A stretch of 64,000 bases of DNA from Camelus dromedarius (taxonomy: Eukaryota): positions 23,314,001-23,378,000 of the forward strand of contig NC_087436.1 in NCBI RefSeq assembly GCF_036321535.1, read 5' to 3'. Both the position numbers and the translations under genes were made by a program. Of this stretch, positions 1 to 13,319 are shown piece by piece. The stretch's first letter is position 1. Each line of letters starts with the position of its first letter. The notes under the pieces are model-generated. The model saw nothing but the letters and a program-made list of their open reading frames with translations. It was not told where the DNA came from and did not search any database.

Positions 1-23
1 CGATAGTTTAGAAGGTCCTGGAG

Positions 24-317
24 CAGTACCGTTCAACAGAAATATCACACAAGCCAAATGTGAATCACATATATACTCTAAAATTTTCTAGTAGCCATGT
101 TAGAGTAAAAGAAACATAAAATTAATATTAATACATTTTAGCCCTATATATCCAAGTATTATTTCAATATACAATGAATATAATTACTGAGATACCTTTA
201 CATTCTTTTTTCATATAAAGCCATTGAAATCCAGCGTATATCTTACACTTCTGCACATCTCAATTCATATTAATCACATTTCAGTGTGGCTACTGGCTAC
301 AGTACAGGACACAGCAG
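24..317 (+). mobile_element. MER33-like hAT/Charlie non-autonomous DNA transposon
   Basis: Resembles remembered MER33 consensus: ...aaattttctagtagccatgtta... through ...gtggctactggctacagtacaggacacagcag. Confidence 0.7.
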
Positions 318-790
318 ATTTTGAGTTTAATCATCTTTCCCAGGGATCACTAGATATCTACTATTGTTCTTTTATGAATTACATAAGAGATTACAAGACT
401 CTCTGATGAAAGATGAATATAAAAATGGATCTAGATCCAAATACTCTCTTCCCCCTCACTTGAGTAAAAATTTCAAAAGGCTTATATAAAGCGCAGAGAT
501 TTTTCTCTAGAAAGTTGGCTGCAAGTATAATCTAAGGTACAACTGATGAATTTCAGGAGCCAGAAAAGATAATGCTTTGCATGGATGAATAATCAAATAA
601 TAATTCGCTTCTTTTATATAACCAGTTTTAGAGCTGGAAGGATTCAAAGCTAGATTTCAAAGATCATGAAACTGAGATTAAGTGCCTTGCTCATGATACA
701 CAAGTGCATCTGTCACTATCAGTACTGAGAAAAAAATATTCATTCAGAGTTAAATTTTTATTTTTTTAATTATTTTTTGAAAAACATTAC

Positions 791-932
791 CTATCCTGTG
801 TGTCCTTTGTGCACCTACATAGGTATCAAAAATTCGCTGCAATTCACATTTTCCAGTCATCTGTCGTAAGAGCCATTTCATCCAAAATCGAAAAAAGTGC
901 CCATAGAAGAACTCCCACAAAGAAATAAACAT
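791..932 (-). CDS. ELMOD2: ELMOD2 (ELMO domain-containing 2, ARF-family GAP), first coding exon; rest of gene lies left of the window
   Basis: Translates MFISLWEFFYGHFFRFWMKWLLRQMTGKCELQRIFDTYVGAQRTHRI, recognised as the ELMOD2 N-terminus. Acceptor ctccAG at 943-942 (exon starts 941, 9 nt UTR); donor GTaatg starts at 790; 142 coding nt. Confidence 0.95.
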
Positions 933-1699
933 TTTTTTTTCCTGGAGAAGGAAATATATGACAGGTTTAATGACCTTATATTGGATTTTTAAAAAAGGAA
1001 AAGTTACAGTTTATCCAACTCATTAAATCCCCAAGTTATATTAATATCTATCATATCATTCCATCGTGTCTATTTTGTAGTAGTGTTAAGTCATCTAAGG
1101 AAACGATAGGTGTAATATATACTACTTAGGTTGATTAAATGATGGCTGGTCAAATGGTCAATTTATCACTTTTAAACAATTTATCTGTAAAAGTCAAACT
1201 AGTTAGATTCAAGCTCTCAGTTCTCTATCTTAATTTCTCATTCTTTGAGAATGGGGCTCAAGAACAAAAGGACCCCAACTAAGCAACAATTAAACCAAAT
1301 ATACGATATCTAAGAATTGTTTGTAAAAGGAGTAAGTCTTCATAACCCCTCTGGATAATTCCAGTTATATCTGTCCCACGGCCAGGTGATCCCAGCAAAT
1401 AAGAACACTACATACGGCTTACAGGTCGAAGTACACAAGTTGAACACGGAGTAGATTACACCCTGGCTAATTGCTGGTTTTCCATTCAATAGGGGAAAGG
1501 CAGAAATGCTAAGAAGAGTAATAAACAAAACTACACCCTCTATAAAACTAAACCTTTATGCCATAAGAAAAATCTTCAGCTCCTAAATGAAGCGGGGTCG
1601 GGGAAATCCAAGTCAGGAGGAGTTACTTAAAAACAAACAAAAACAAAAATGACCATCTCCTTCCTGCCTTTTAAACATTCCCATAGATACGTCATCTCT

Positions 1700-2560
1700 C
1701 CTACGGACTGTCAAACTCGAAATCCCAGCAGGTCAGTGCAGAATCAGTGCAATCAGAGACAGGCTGTGACTTTAAAATGAATCCAACTGGTCCGCGCTCA
1801 TCAGGACAAAAGAAGCCGGACTGCCAAGCGGAGGGAACGCAACCCTCGCGGCGCCTGAGCTCCTCAGCCCTCGGGGAGTCGCTGCGCCGAGCCCCCCTTC
1901 CGAGCCTCCCGCCGAACCCCTCTTCCAAGCTCGCACCCGGCCGCGAGTGGGAGGGAACCGCTCGCACAAAGCCCCGCCGGCCCGGGCGCCCCGCGGACTT
2001 TCGCAGGACACGGTGGGGCTGAGCGCCCTCAGCGCAGCAGCACCCAAGCAGCGCGGGGCGAAAGGAAAAGAAACAGCAGCCACCTCACGGGAGCGGAAGA
2101 ACTAGGGGGAAAAGCTGGAGCTGCCTCAGTTTCCCCCAACTGCAAACCGCCGGCAACGGAAACGACGCTACTTGCCGCGCGTTCCCTGCAATCACCGCGA
2201 CCCGGAAGTCGGGGAGTGAGGCGGCGGGAACGCCTACCCGGGGACACGGTCCGCCCCACCCCGCTCCCCCGGCGTCTCCGATTGGCCCGAGCCCCACCAA
2301 TCGCTAGCTCTGAAAGGATGTCCAGCTGCGTTGCCGCTACGCGCGTGCTCGGATTCTAGGGACGCCGACGATTGCCCTGGCAACGGCTGCCTGGAGGCAC
2401 GCCCGGCCCCAAAGGTTGGTCTTCGGCAGAGCGGCTCTGTAGACTTTTCTGGACTTAAACTTCGGGTCGTTTGCGCAAGTTGAAACCGTGTACTGTTTCG
2501 AGACTCCAAGCACCGGAGAAGCGGCGGGGTGCTGTGTGTAGCTTTCACAGCTCCTGAGTT
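1700..2560 (-). promoter_or_regulatory. ELMOD2: CpG island: ELMOD2 promoter and non-coding first exon(s)
   Basis: CpG-dense; ETS motif CCGGAAGT 2202-2209, GC box CCGCCC 2251-2256, inverted CCAAT pair 2281-2285 and 2297-2301; candidate minus-strand donors GTGAGG (2088) and GTAGGC (~2237). Confidence 0.85.
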
Positions 2561-2849
2561 ACAAAAGTTTTTCCACCTACATTTAATCTTCATTCTGTGA
2601 GAGAATTAGTACCAGTCCGACTTTATACGTAAGGACACGGAATTCATGTTGAATGACTTGCCCGTGGCTACTACGTGGCACATAAGGTGAGCCCTGTATG
2701 TTGAGTAGAGAAGTTTGGATTTTGTCCCATAATAATAAATATCTAATAGTTAATTCATTGAACATTTATTCCTTAACTAGTTATCTTTCTTGAAAAAGTA
2801 ATTTATGCGCGTGATTTAAAAAAAATTCAACCTCAAACAGTACATTCTT

Positions 2850-3200
2850 TAACTCAAGTATATGCTGATTGCCTGTTATGCACCAGGCAGCATTCCAAAG
2901 GAATCATACACTAAATAAACACAAATATTTAGTATGTTAGATGGTGCTAAAGTAAGGGGTATAAGGGAGGGAGGGAGAGTTTTTACATAGCGTAGTCTGG
3001 GGAGTCTCCGTGGTAAGGTGACATCTGAGCAGTGTCCTGAATGGAAGTAAGGGAGTGAACCATAAGCGTATCCGGAGGAAGAGTATTCCAGACACTAGAA
3101 TGGCAAGTGCAAAGGCCTTGAATCAGGAGCATACTTCATAAGTTGGAGGAATAGCAAGAAGGGCAGTGTGGCTGAAGGAGAAAGACCAAGAGAAGGGTAG
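2850..3200. mobile_element. L2 LINE fragment
   Basis: L2-type phrases: aaggtgacatctgagc, gaagagtattccagac...tgcaaaggccttga, gcagtgtggctgaag. Confidence 0.6.
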
Positions 3201-3999
3201 AATGTAAGCACAAAGCTATTTTACACTGAAAAATAGCTTCTACCCACCCACACACAATTCCTGGTCCTTCAGCCTCCATGCTCAAAAGCAACCAGTATTA
3301 GTTCCTTTTTTTTATACCTCCAGGGACATGAAATCTGGACATACACTATAATAATAAAACATAGAATCTTAGATTTTGGAAGGAACTTAAAAATCATCTC
3401 ATTAAATATTTTTATTATACATAAAAAGATTCCAAAAGGCAAAGTACACAGCCAATTTGGCAAATTAAGAAGTAGATATGAACTTCTATTTCAGAGGTCT
3501 CTCCATTATTACACAAGACCTTCATATAACAGAAAGTGAGGTGATTTTTTCATAGTATGATTATAGAACCTTTTTAGCTTTTCAGTGTGCAATACTGAGA
3601 GCAGGGGGTACAGAGAGGAACTCTTCTCCTTGTCTCCATGCTGCCTGTTGGCTCACTTCTATTCATGTTTTTCTCCAAGAGAAGAGAGTGCTCACCTGTT
3701 TGGTCAGAACCTGAGAAGTTGATTGAACTGTATTTATTGGAAGCAGGATCAGTGTACATTAAAATGTCATGTGCATATGACTTCCTCTTCTCTGTTCCAT
3801 GAATTCATTTGCATGTAACTAGCAGATGTGTTAAACCTATCCTGTCCCTCTGGGAAGGCTGGCCTTCTCTTTCATTCTGTTTGGCTTTCTTCTTCCGTGT
3901 GGCTGGCTCAATGGTACTTAAATCCTAAGACTAGGATTCTGGCTTCAAGGAGAGGGTGGGATCTACTTAGGTCTCTGAACTAACTTGTGTGCTTTGACC

Positions 4000-6900
4000 A
4001 AGCCTTATCAGGTATACCTACATGGAAAACAAAGGCTATGGTATAATGGAGTTTGGTTATATTTTTGAGTAGCACTAAGAAATCTCTGCTTTCTTGAATT
4101 CCCTAACTAAACACCCAAGGCACTGTTGATTTTAGAAACTACTTAATGGAAACAGTTGTTTGGTATGACTGTTAATCAACAATTTGTTACAGTGTTCAGC
4201 ATTTGATCCATAGAGGACCCAAATAAAATATCAATGCCCTCATTTGGACTGTGTGAAGTTTGGAATACAGCAAAGTTACACTGAGAAGGAAAACTGTACA
4301 CTCCTTTCATGAACAGTGAAATGAATTACCTCTGTCGAAGCACTGAAAATACTAAGGACAGTGGCAACCCGATTGGTTTTATGATGACCCATGTTGCACT
4401 TCCCTGAAACTATGTTAGATACTGTGATTAGGGGGAACCCCTTGTGTAAGGACTCCCCATATACTTCTTTCAATGGGAGAACAAGGAAATACACAGAATG
4501 CCAAGGAATGTTTGTTCTTACAGCTACTAGTAATGGGCATTACCAGTGAAGAGGAACTTTCAGTTATGCAGAATTAAACTGATGTGCTGGCGTGAAGACA
4601 GTAACCAGACCAAAGGTAATAAATACTGAATCGGGCAGAACAGTTTATGTGATTTTTAAAAAAAGCAGGGGGATGAGAGGTAATAAATAAGCAGGAAATT
4701 TGACAGGGGCCCTACAGAGGATTTGTGGCACATTAACAATAATTGGGAGCAGGGAAACCTACTCTATCTAAATCTGATAGTTAACCTATCAGATCTGTTC
4801 CAATTATCCCAGCCTGGATGAGTTTAGAGTCAAGGATGCTGAAGATAAATAGGGAAATAAGGTGTAGCACAGGTAGTTATTTTAATACACCGATTAAGGT
4901 TGTAAGGGAAAAGGACGATTAACTTGAGGGTCAAGAAATCTTCAGTTGACCCCTGGTAGGAGGTCCAAGATTGTAGGATATAGTTAATGTCAAGTGGCAA
5001 AGGATAGTGTAAAACCCGTGAGGGATTACTAACGGTGATGCAAAATGTACCATAACATCATCAGAGAAATGGAAGGGCAATATTTAGGTATGAGGATTGA
5101 AGTTTAGGGCAAATGAAAATGGTATGGTAGGTAGCACCAGAGTCACCATGAAGCTGAAGATGGAGAAATAAAGAACTATCCATCCAGTTCTTGCCTTTAC
5201 TGGAATATGTGAGTGGATGAATATATTAGAATGGATGTGGTGAAGGTCTTTGTCACTACCAGCTTAAAGCCAAATGCCTTTAAGAGACAGAGAAGTTTGT
5301 TCTTCATGTACTTTCAGTTGGACTTGCAAAATGGGAGCCCTGAGGATTGCTTGAGCCTTCCTTTGTAGTACATATCAGGCAGTGTCAGATTCAGGAAGGA
5401 CACAGGAAATTTCCTCTCTCATTAGGAAACAATGGGATCAGGAGTGCCAATCTCCACCTCCTGTTAATCCTCTGTGGACCAGGAGAAAAGATCCTTGGAA
5501 GTAACTGCTCACTATCATGATTTAAACAGGGTAGTTCCCATGATTTAAATTAGTGTCTGTTGTGCCAAGCATTGTAAAAACTGTTTAAGAGGTTCAACAA
5601 GCTGACTGTGACTGGGATTTGTCTGTGATAGATTCGGTTATGCTATCTTCTTCTTTAAAGTTTACTTAACTATAGTTGATTTACAATGTTGTGTTGGTTT
5701 CAGGTGTATAGCTTCAGATTGTTTTCCATTATGGGTTATTACAAGATACAGTTTGAATACAATCTCATGTGCTATGCAGTTGTTTATCCACTTTACATAT
5801 AGTGATGTGTATCTATTAATTCCATACTCCTAATTTATCCCTCCCCACCCCCTTCCCCCTGTGGTAACCATAAGTTTGTTTTCTATGTTTGTGAGTCCGT
5901 TTCTGTTTTGTAAATAAGTTCATTTGTACTATTTTTTAGATTTCAAATATAAGTGATATATAAATTTGTCTGACTTACTTCACTTAGTGTGATAATCTCT
6001 AGGTCCCTCCATGTTGTTGCAAATGGCATTATTTCATTCTTTTTTACAGCTGAGTAATGTGTGTGCATGTGTGTATATATATGTGTGTGTATATATATTT
6101 GTATGTTTGTATGTATATCACATCTTCTTTAACCATTCATCACATTTAGGTTGCTTCCACGTCTTGGCTATTATAAATAATGCTGCTATGAACATTGGGG
6201 TGCATATATCTTTTCAAATTAGAGTTTTCATCTTGTCCAGATATATGCCCAGGAGTGGGATTGTTGGATAGTATGGTAACTCTATTTTCAGTTTTTTAAG
6301 GAACCTCCAGACTGTTTTCCATAGTGGCTGCACCAGTTTACATTCTTATCCAACAGTGTAGGAGGGTTTCCTTTTGGCTAGGCTATCATCTTGATCTCAC
6401 TCTCAGAGAGGTCAAGCACAGTTTGCTTGGACATGAGAAGGAATGTAATATATGTTTATGGTCCTTCCCCAAGGACGTCTGACCTCTCCAACTCACTGCT
6501 ACAATTTGGTGAGACTGGATTTAGACATGATCACCATTAAAATTAAGTTAATTCATTATATTTATTATATTATGTTCATTCTCCTCTTATAAGGAGAAAT
6601 TCAGTATATTTGAGAGCTGTCATGGCACATATAACTAGCCGAATGGTTAATCAATCCAGTTAAGATTGAAAGCTTAGCAAAATTAGTGAAATTTCTAAAG
6701 ATAACTTTGGGCCAGGAGAAGTATTCTATGCATGGTAAATAATAAATTACTATCTCTCCAGGACCCTGCCAATAAAAAGGGGCAACACCTTGAAGGAATA
6801 TTTGGCAATGAATATTCCTGAAAAATATATAATGAGTAGTAGCCCAAGGATGCCGCTGAGACCTTACTATTCTAATGCATTCACAGATAATTTTAGAAGT

Positions 6901-8230
6901 TTCAGACACCACAATCTGTCCAAATTGAAGGCTTTGAATGAAGTATAACACTGCCACCTCGTGGCGACCACTGGGATTTTTGGACTCAAAATGTTCCTAA
7001 TGATGGCGCTAGAGAGCCCGTTTGCCAGTACGCTGCTGGGCTCTGACAAAAACAGTCCCCGTAACCTCAGAGCGGCAAATATTCTAAGATCTGAACCACC
7101 TAGGATATGATATGAGTGATATCAGAAAGAGGTTGCGGTAAAGAGGAAGCTGCACAACAAAATTCTCAAAAAAAAAAAAAATGGAATTCGTTTCAAGAGA
7201 GGTGTCCTGAGGAGTTAGAACACGTGAGCAGGTAGCACCTCTGCTTTCCAACCATTTCACGGTTCACTTCTGTTGTCTAAACCTCATGACTCTTTCCACT
7301 AAAATGTAATGAGTTTCTTGGTTTACCCATGAGAGGTCCTGTATAGTAGAACTTCAATATAAAAGTCAGCTACTCTTTGCTAGATGGACAGTAAAAACCC
7401 AGTCAAATAATGTTAAGGTAAGTTCAAGCAATGGGCAGAGTTGACAGCAGTGCACAAGACAGTGAGGGGAGATTTTAGTTCTTTGCTTCAGGGCTATGCT
7501 TGGACATTTAAAGAGTCATAGGCAGCAACCAACAGGGAAACCATGGTGAATGAGAGATAAAAATGCTTCCAGTATAGGGGATATAGCTGTTGAAACCCTT
7601 GTGGGACTTCCAACGGAGGAGCATAGTAGGTCACAAAGAAGGCCTCTCTGAGGACTGAGCTGGTTCAAGAAGGGTAATGGAATGCCAAGCTGATGCCCTG
7701 CCACTCTCTGGAAGTAGCCACCTGGATGACTTACACGGGTACAGTGGTGCCAACACCACGTTACTCTGGGTAGAATAATGACATATTCCACTTGTCTCTT
7801 ACCTCAGACATGAACATGGTAAGAGACTGTTGAGTGCTAACAAAAACAACAAAAAAGTAGCCATTTGAAGGTGGCATTCGGAAAACTCTCTTGGGAACAG
7901 AGATCCAAGCATTTAAGCCAGTGAACTACATAGGATTACTATCTGCAGCCCCTAGAGGATTGAAATGAGTTTGATATTTATTCTATATTGGGTTAAAACT
8001 CAAACACTGTCAAGGGCTATTTGGTTCCCAGTCATCCATCTGTCTGGACCCAAGTGTGCATTCCTATATCCCAGTGTGTGGAAATGGGCCCCCTAAATCC
8101 CAACATGCTCTCTGTAAAGTAGTTGTTCAACTGATACTAAAATTGGTCATTGAAATACTATCGAAAATATAGTGTAAAGATATGAAGGGCTGGCTAGATC
8201 AGTTAGTTAACTGTGTGTTTTGTCCAAATG
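4000..8230 (+). mobile_element. Degraded ERVL-class endogenous retrovirus internal region (gag?-pro-RT-RNaseH-IN), interrupted by an L1
   Basis: Ordered degenerate motifs: AKWEP (~5326-5340), R.T.DY..LN-like (~5495-5527), AQFAWT*EGM*YMFMVLPQG (~6416-6475), SPTHCYNLVRLDLD, LIHYI(YY)IM in place of YIDD (~6548-6574), WAELTAV (~7432-7452, RNase H), integrase-like ~7920-8220; many stops and frameshifts; boundaries approximate. Confidence 0.75.
5653..6375 (-). mobile_element. 5'-truncated L1 3' end inserted in the ERV RT region
   Basis: Antisense L1 3'UTR/ORF2 C-terminal text (tgctgctatgaacattggggtgca, gttttccatagtggctgcacc); degenerate 17-bp TSD at 5636-5652 and 6376-6392. Confidence 0.85.
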
Positions 8231-8289
8231 TGAGGAGTAGTGAAGTGGGAACGGTTCTAAAGTTTTTTGGGTACTGGAGATCCGTATGG

Positions 8290-8890
8290 TTCTGGCCATC
8301 AATTTCACCAAGCAATTCTCAGACACCAGCTGGGTGACCTCTAAGTTAACTCAATTCTGATACTATCTACCTGGAGTTAGTGTCAGATCCTACAAGTTAA
8401 GAGCTCCAAGACTGACAGCCCCCACCCCCACATACACAGATATTTCAGACACCAATCACGAGTCCAGGTTGTCACTCACTAGCATAGATTAGAGGTTGCA
8501 ACGACCCCCTCCTTGGATTTGATTAATTTGCTAGAGCAGCTCACAGAACTCAGAGAAACATTTTATTTACTTGATTACCAGTTTATTCAAAGGATATAAC
8601 TCAGGAACAGCCAGATGGAAGAGATGCATAGGGCAAGGCATGCGGAAAGGGCTCAGAGCTAGGCACGCCACTCTCCTGGAATCCCCACCTATTCATCAGC
8701 CTGGAAGCTCTCCAAACCCTGTCCTTTTTGGTTTTTATGGAGACTTCATTGCATAGGCATGATTGATGAAGTAATTGGCCCTTGGTGACTGAACTTAATC
8801 TCCAGACTCTCTCCCATCACTGGAAGTTGGTGGGGAGCGGGGTGGGACTGAAAGTTCCAACCCTCTAATCATGTGATTGGTTCTTCTGAC
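8290..8890 (-). mobile_element. MER21-like LTR fragment
   Basis: caccaagcaattctcagacaccagctggg...ctatctacctggag...gattaatttgctagagcagctcacagaactcag resembles MER21; TTTATT on + suggests minus orientation. Confidence 0.65.
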
Positions 8891-9699
8891 AGCCTGACAG
8901 TAATTGGAACATTACCCAATGCCTTTGCTTCCAACAGTGGGTTCCTTTCCTACCCCATCTCGCTGATATTACTACTCTCCTGAATTATCTATTTATTGTT
9001 TCTCTGCTTCTTAGAATCGTTTTAAAAGTCAGTTTATGTATGTCCTTATGATATGCTGTTTAGTTTGTCTTGTTCCTGGACTTTCTAAAACTCTTACCTA
9101 CTGACAGTCTTTATATGCCCTTCTAAATTCTCTTTGGTGTGATCAGAACCAGAAGTCTGTTACTTGCCACAGTCACCTTGCCAGCTGCGTTCTCATTACC
9201 TGCTGCCAGTGGGAGGCAGCTGTGCCAGACTGGAGTGCAGAAAGGATCTGACACTATCTCCAGGCAGCTGTGGTTATTTTTCTGCTTCTTTTCTAGGTAC
9301 CCTATGCAGTCACCTATGTTGCTTTCTAGTTTTCATGGGGACCAGGACAATGCCTTGTCCTTGTCCCACTGCTCCCGGGGCTGGTGATATTCAGCCAGCC
9401 TACATGATGCTTTTGTGTGAATTAGTATAAAACGCTTCCTCGCTCTGAACAGACACAGTCCTGCACCCAAGTGCACTTGGGGCGAGTGCTGATTTCAGCC
9501 CTCCCCCAGGCAGGGCCCCTCTTGTAGGAGACAGCCAGCATTCCCATACCCAGCGATCCTGGGGCCGGGAATCTTATTTCAGGGTACCAACCTTCCTGGT
9601 AGTTATTTTCTGGTGCTGGCTGCACCTATCGGAACCTCCAAGCTGTCTCTTATTTCTAGATTCCCTATTCCTGTCCTCTACGTATCTGCTAGCCTCTGT

Positions 9700-10495
9700 G
9701 GATCAGTCAAAACTCAGTTACAGGTGATAGGAATCCCAGCTCAAACTTAATTAATTAGTGAAAGAAATGAATTGGCTCATGTAACTAAAATGGAAATAAA
9801 CATAGATGTAGGCATGACTGAATCAGGTAGAATATCAAATGAAATCCTCTTAGCTCTGCTTTCAGTTTTGCATTGGCTTTATTCTCAGGCATGCTCTCCC
9901 TTCCTACTGGCAAGATGGCCCTAGACACTCTAGGCCTAGACTAGAAATTCTCATAACTGAGTCTCATTGACCAGCGTAAGTCAAGTGCTGAACTTATCTC
10001 CATGTGCAGGGTCATGAATATGGTGGGGCTACATGTAAGCCCTTTCCACAAAAACTAAGAGGAGAAGCTATTGCTTCCCAGATCAGTTATCTACTGCTGG
10101 AACACAAGCCATTCCTGATTTTGTGGCTTAAAACAATAATTTGTTCTCTCTTATAATGCAGGGGTTGGCTGGCTTCAGCCAGGCAGTTCTGCTGGTTTCC
10201 CATGGGGTCCCCCACACAGATGCATTCCGCTGGAGCACGATTAGTGCTGGAATGTCCAAGATGCCGCTCTCCACGTAGCCTCTAAGCATTCAGTCATCTG
10301 GCCTGGGCTTCCTTAGGGCATGGCATTTGGGATCTAAGAGGAAGCACACAAAAGCTGCCAGTCCTCTTAAAGCCGGCTCATGAGCTCCACAACATCCCTT
10401 GTGCTAATTTGACGACAATTTTGATGACAATATAGACAGTATAGTTATAAGGTGGGCCCAGAAGCTCCACTCTGCATGAGAGAAGCTGCAAGCAG
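9700..10495. mobile_element. MaLR (MLT1-type) LTR fragments
   Basis: tcagttatctactgctg...gtggcttaaaacaa...gctggaatgtccaagatg; tctgctttc...ggctttattctcaggc. Confidence 0.55.
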
Positions 10496-10983
10496 AGATG
10501 GAAGGTTTGCTAAGGAAAACTGGAGTGTTCTTCCCAAGGGAAGGGCAATTAAAAAGAGAAAGACCACTCAAGTCCTTGTTGAACCATGTTGGACCATCTG
10601 ACGCCCGCTACTTGTCTGTACCATATTCCTGTTTGTGTTCACATGGTTGTTGGACCGTGGGCTTTGCTTGCTGGAAGGGACACCCTCCATTTGCCTCCAG
10701 TTGGGCCTCTCAATTTAGGGAACAATCCTAGAAGCTCGATAGCTCTTTTTCTGTGAATCAGGCTAGTCTTTGTACCTTCAAGGGATATTAGAGACAAATT
10801 TTCATAAATATTGTTAACTTCTAGAATATAATGTCCAAGAGACATGATGGAATCATCCTCACTGGTGGCAGAGGAGGTGGGGTCTTTATTAAATATGTAT
10901 CTTGGGATGGTTTAGGCAGAGAGGACAAACTTGGCAACCTGTTTTTCTAGGTCTAACCTATGACTCTATGGAAGGCTAATATG

Positions 10984-11167
10984 CAGTGATTCTCAAAGTG
11001 TGGTCCCTGGACCAGCAGCACGAATACCATCTGGGACTTGTTAGACATGCAAGTTCTGGGATCTCAGCCTTAACCTACTGAGTCAGAAACTCTGAGGCCC
11101 AGCAATCTGTGTCTAACCGGGCTTCCTGGTGATTCTTGTGCATGCTAAAGTTTGAGAAGAACACTGT
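10984..11167. mobile_element. MER5A hAT MITE
   Basis: cagtgattctcaaagtgtggtccctggaccagcagca ... aaagtttgagaagaacactg with imperfect terminal inverted repeats. Confidence 0.8.
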
Positions 11168-11862
11168 CATAGATAACCCATTAAAGTCTCTTAGGGAACA
11201 GTCATTTTCCTGAATTGTGCTGAACAGATAGCACTCACCCCGGGTTCAGATGACTTACTCCCAAGTAACTTGAGAGAGAAAACAGGGGCCAGGACAACTG
11301 GCATTTTATCAAGAGTCATTGTCTTTCAGATTGTTTCCACCTTCAGGACCCTATATAGCTATGAGGCCAGAATCATCTGTCCCTACTAAGTTTATTTTCT
11401 GTGCTGATAGCAGTGTGAGACAACTGTTGAGACTGAGGTTGACTAAAGAGGCCTCAATGGCCGTAGCACTGGTAATACCCCCACAGGACACTCTTCCCCT
11501 TCCTGTAATTGTAGCAACTCTTTCTCTTTAGCCTGGCCATTCTCTGCTTCCCATGGCTGAATGTGACACTAATTTTAACAAACAAATCACAAAAGGGAAG
11601 CCTGAAGGCCTTTGAAAATGCTCCTGCATTCTTTATCTACTGGATGCCATGGAATGATACGTATTGTTGGCTCAAATGGAAGCAGGTAGCGAATGTAAGT
11701 GGTTGGTTGTGAATATAGCTTAGTTAGACCATGGGCTTCTGTTTCATTCAAAACCTCTGACCTGTAAATCACCCTGAAATGGACAGTGGGGAAAATACGA
11801 AAATGAGGAAGACACGCTCTTTCTCTTCTAGGGGTTCATAACATGGTAGAGGAAATAAAATA

Positions 11863-12083
11863 CAGTTGACCCTTGAACAACATGAGTTTGAACTGTGCAG
11901 GTCCACTTACAAGTGGATTTTGGAATTTCCAATAGATAATGTGCTACAGTATGACAACATCTAAAGTTCCTCTGGTCTGCTGCTGTGGGAGGAACAGGGG
12001 CTACACAGGGCCATCTGTGAAGTTACCTTCCACTGCCCAGAGTGTCAATGCCCCTAAGTCCCACGTTGTTCAGGAGTCAACTG
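11863..12083. mobile_element. Tigger2-type Tc1/mariner MITE
   Basis: TIRs cagttgacccttgaacaac / gttgttcaggagtcaactg flanked by TA at 11861-62 and 12084-85. Confidence 0.8.
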
Positions 12084-13319
12084 TACATGCACAACAATGA
12101 AACAGGTTGCAGATTGGGTCCTGAGAGATAACCCAAGTGCTATAAGAGTTCAAAGAGAATAGAGATTCCTTTAGACATAGGTGATCAGTGAAGGCTTAAC
12201 AGAGGAAGTGGCATTTCAGCTGAGTCGTGAATATTTCATAGGTCAGAATATGAGTGTGTGTGGGCGGCAGCCCATGTTTGCCTGTGAAGAAGGCAGAGCC
12301 AAGAACCTTCAGGTGATACCTGTACCTCCAGCACCTGAGTCAGGGACTGGCACACAGCAAATGACCCACAAATATCACAGGTTCTGACTCAGACAAACAC
12401 TAACTGACTAGCAAGGTTTTGGTTTTTCCTTTCTTTGGAAGAAAAGACTAAAGAAGTAACTGTATAAAATGTAAAAATTGATTGGAAGACACTTGCAGAA
12501 TTCACAAACATTAAGATGGGAGAGCGAAGTGCTTTTTCTGAATCTTAAAAACATGGCATTTGGTGAATTTGAGTGGAGTGAACTTTTGAGTAGCACATGA
12601 GAGGCATATACACAGCTGGGATAGACAGAGGAGCCAGAGACCCAGATGAACCAGATGGCGTAAGGCCCTGGATTCCAGGCTAACACTTCTGACTTTTAAT
12701 AGGGAGTCGCTGAAGGATCTCTGAGCAGAGTCTGCTGTGGGAAAAGTAATAATCAGAGTCAGTGAGAAAATCAGCACTGCTTCTGGTGATCACAATAGGA
12801 GAATGAAAATGCATTAAGCACTCAGATAATGACAGGAAAAATGCAGGCCAGTTTTGAATGTTATTCTATTGAACTCAAGCAACCTTGGACAGACACGACT
12901 CATCCCATCTACCGGTTGAGGAACCCAAGCTTTGAGAGGATTAAAAACCTTTTCAAACATTACACGGCTGGTGGATGGGCACTGTATCCTTTCCAACACT
13001 GTAAAAAAAGTTCCATATTTTAACATGGATAGTTTGTTTTCCTTTCTAATAATACTCTACTTCTTCTTCGTTATGCTGGTTTCTTGAACCCAGAAACTAG
13101 TAACTGACTTATTTGGAGGTGGGCAATATTCTGAGAAATATTATAATTTTGATTTTGGGGAAGTTGATGGGGCAGAGATGGATAGCAGACCACTGAAGAT
13201 ATGTAATCTCTTTCCAGAAAAAAGTGCTGATGGGAAGCAGTTGCCCATCCAGGACTACCTTACCCAGTTCTTTTACATCTGGTTCTTGCCAATAAAATTT
13301 GAGCAGAATTAAAAAATAC

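Noticed and set aside
1701..2593. Several overlapping 70-120 aa Pro/Arg/Gly-rich ORFs
   Set aside because: Expected from stop-codon scarcity in a CpG island; no recognisable domain
8290..8890. MER21-like LTR as the 3' LTR of the adjacent ERVL region
   Set aside because: Appears to be in the opposite orientation and no 5' partner copy was found; treated as a separate insertion
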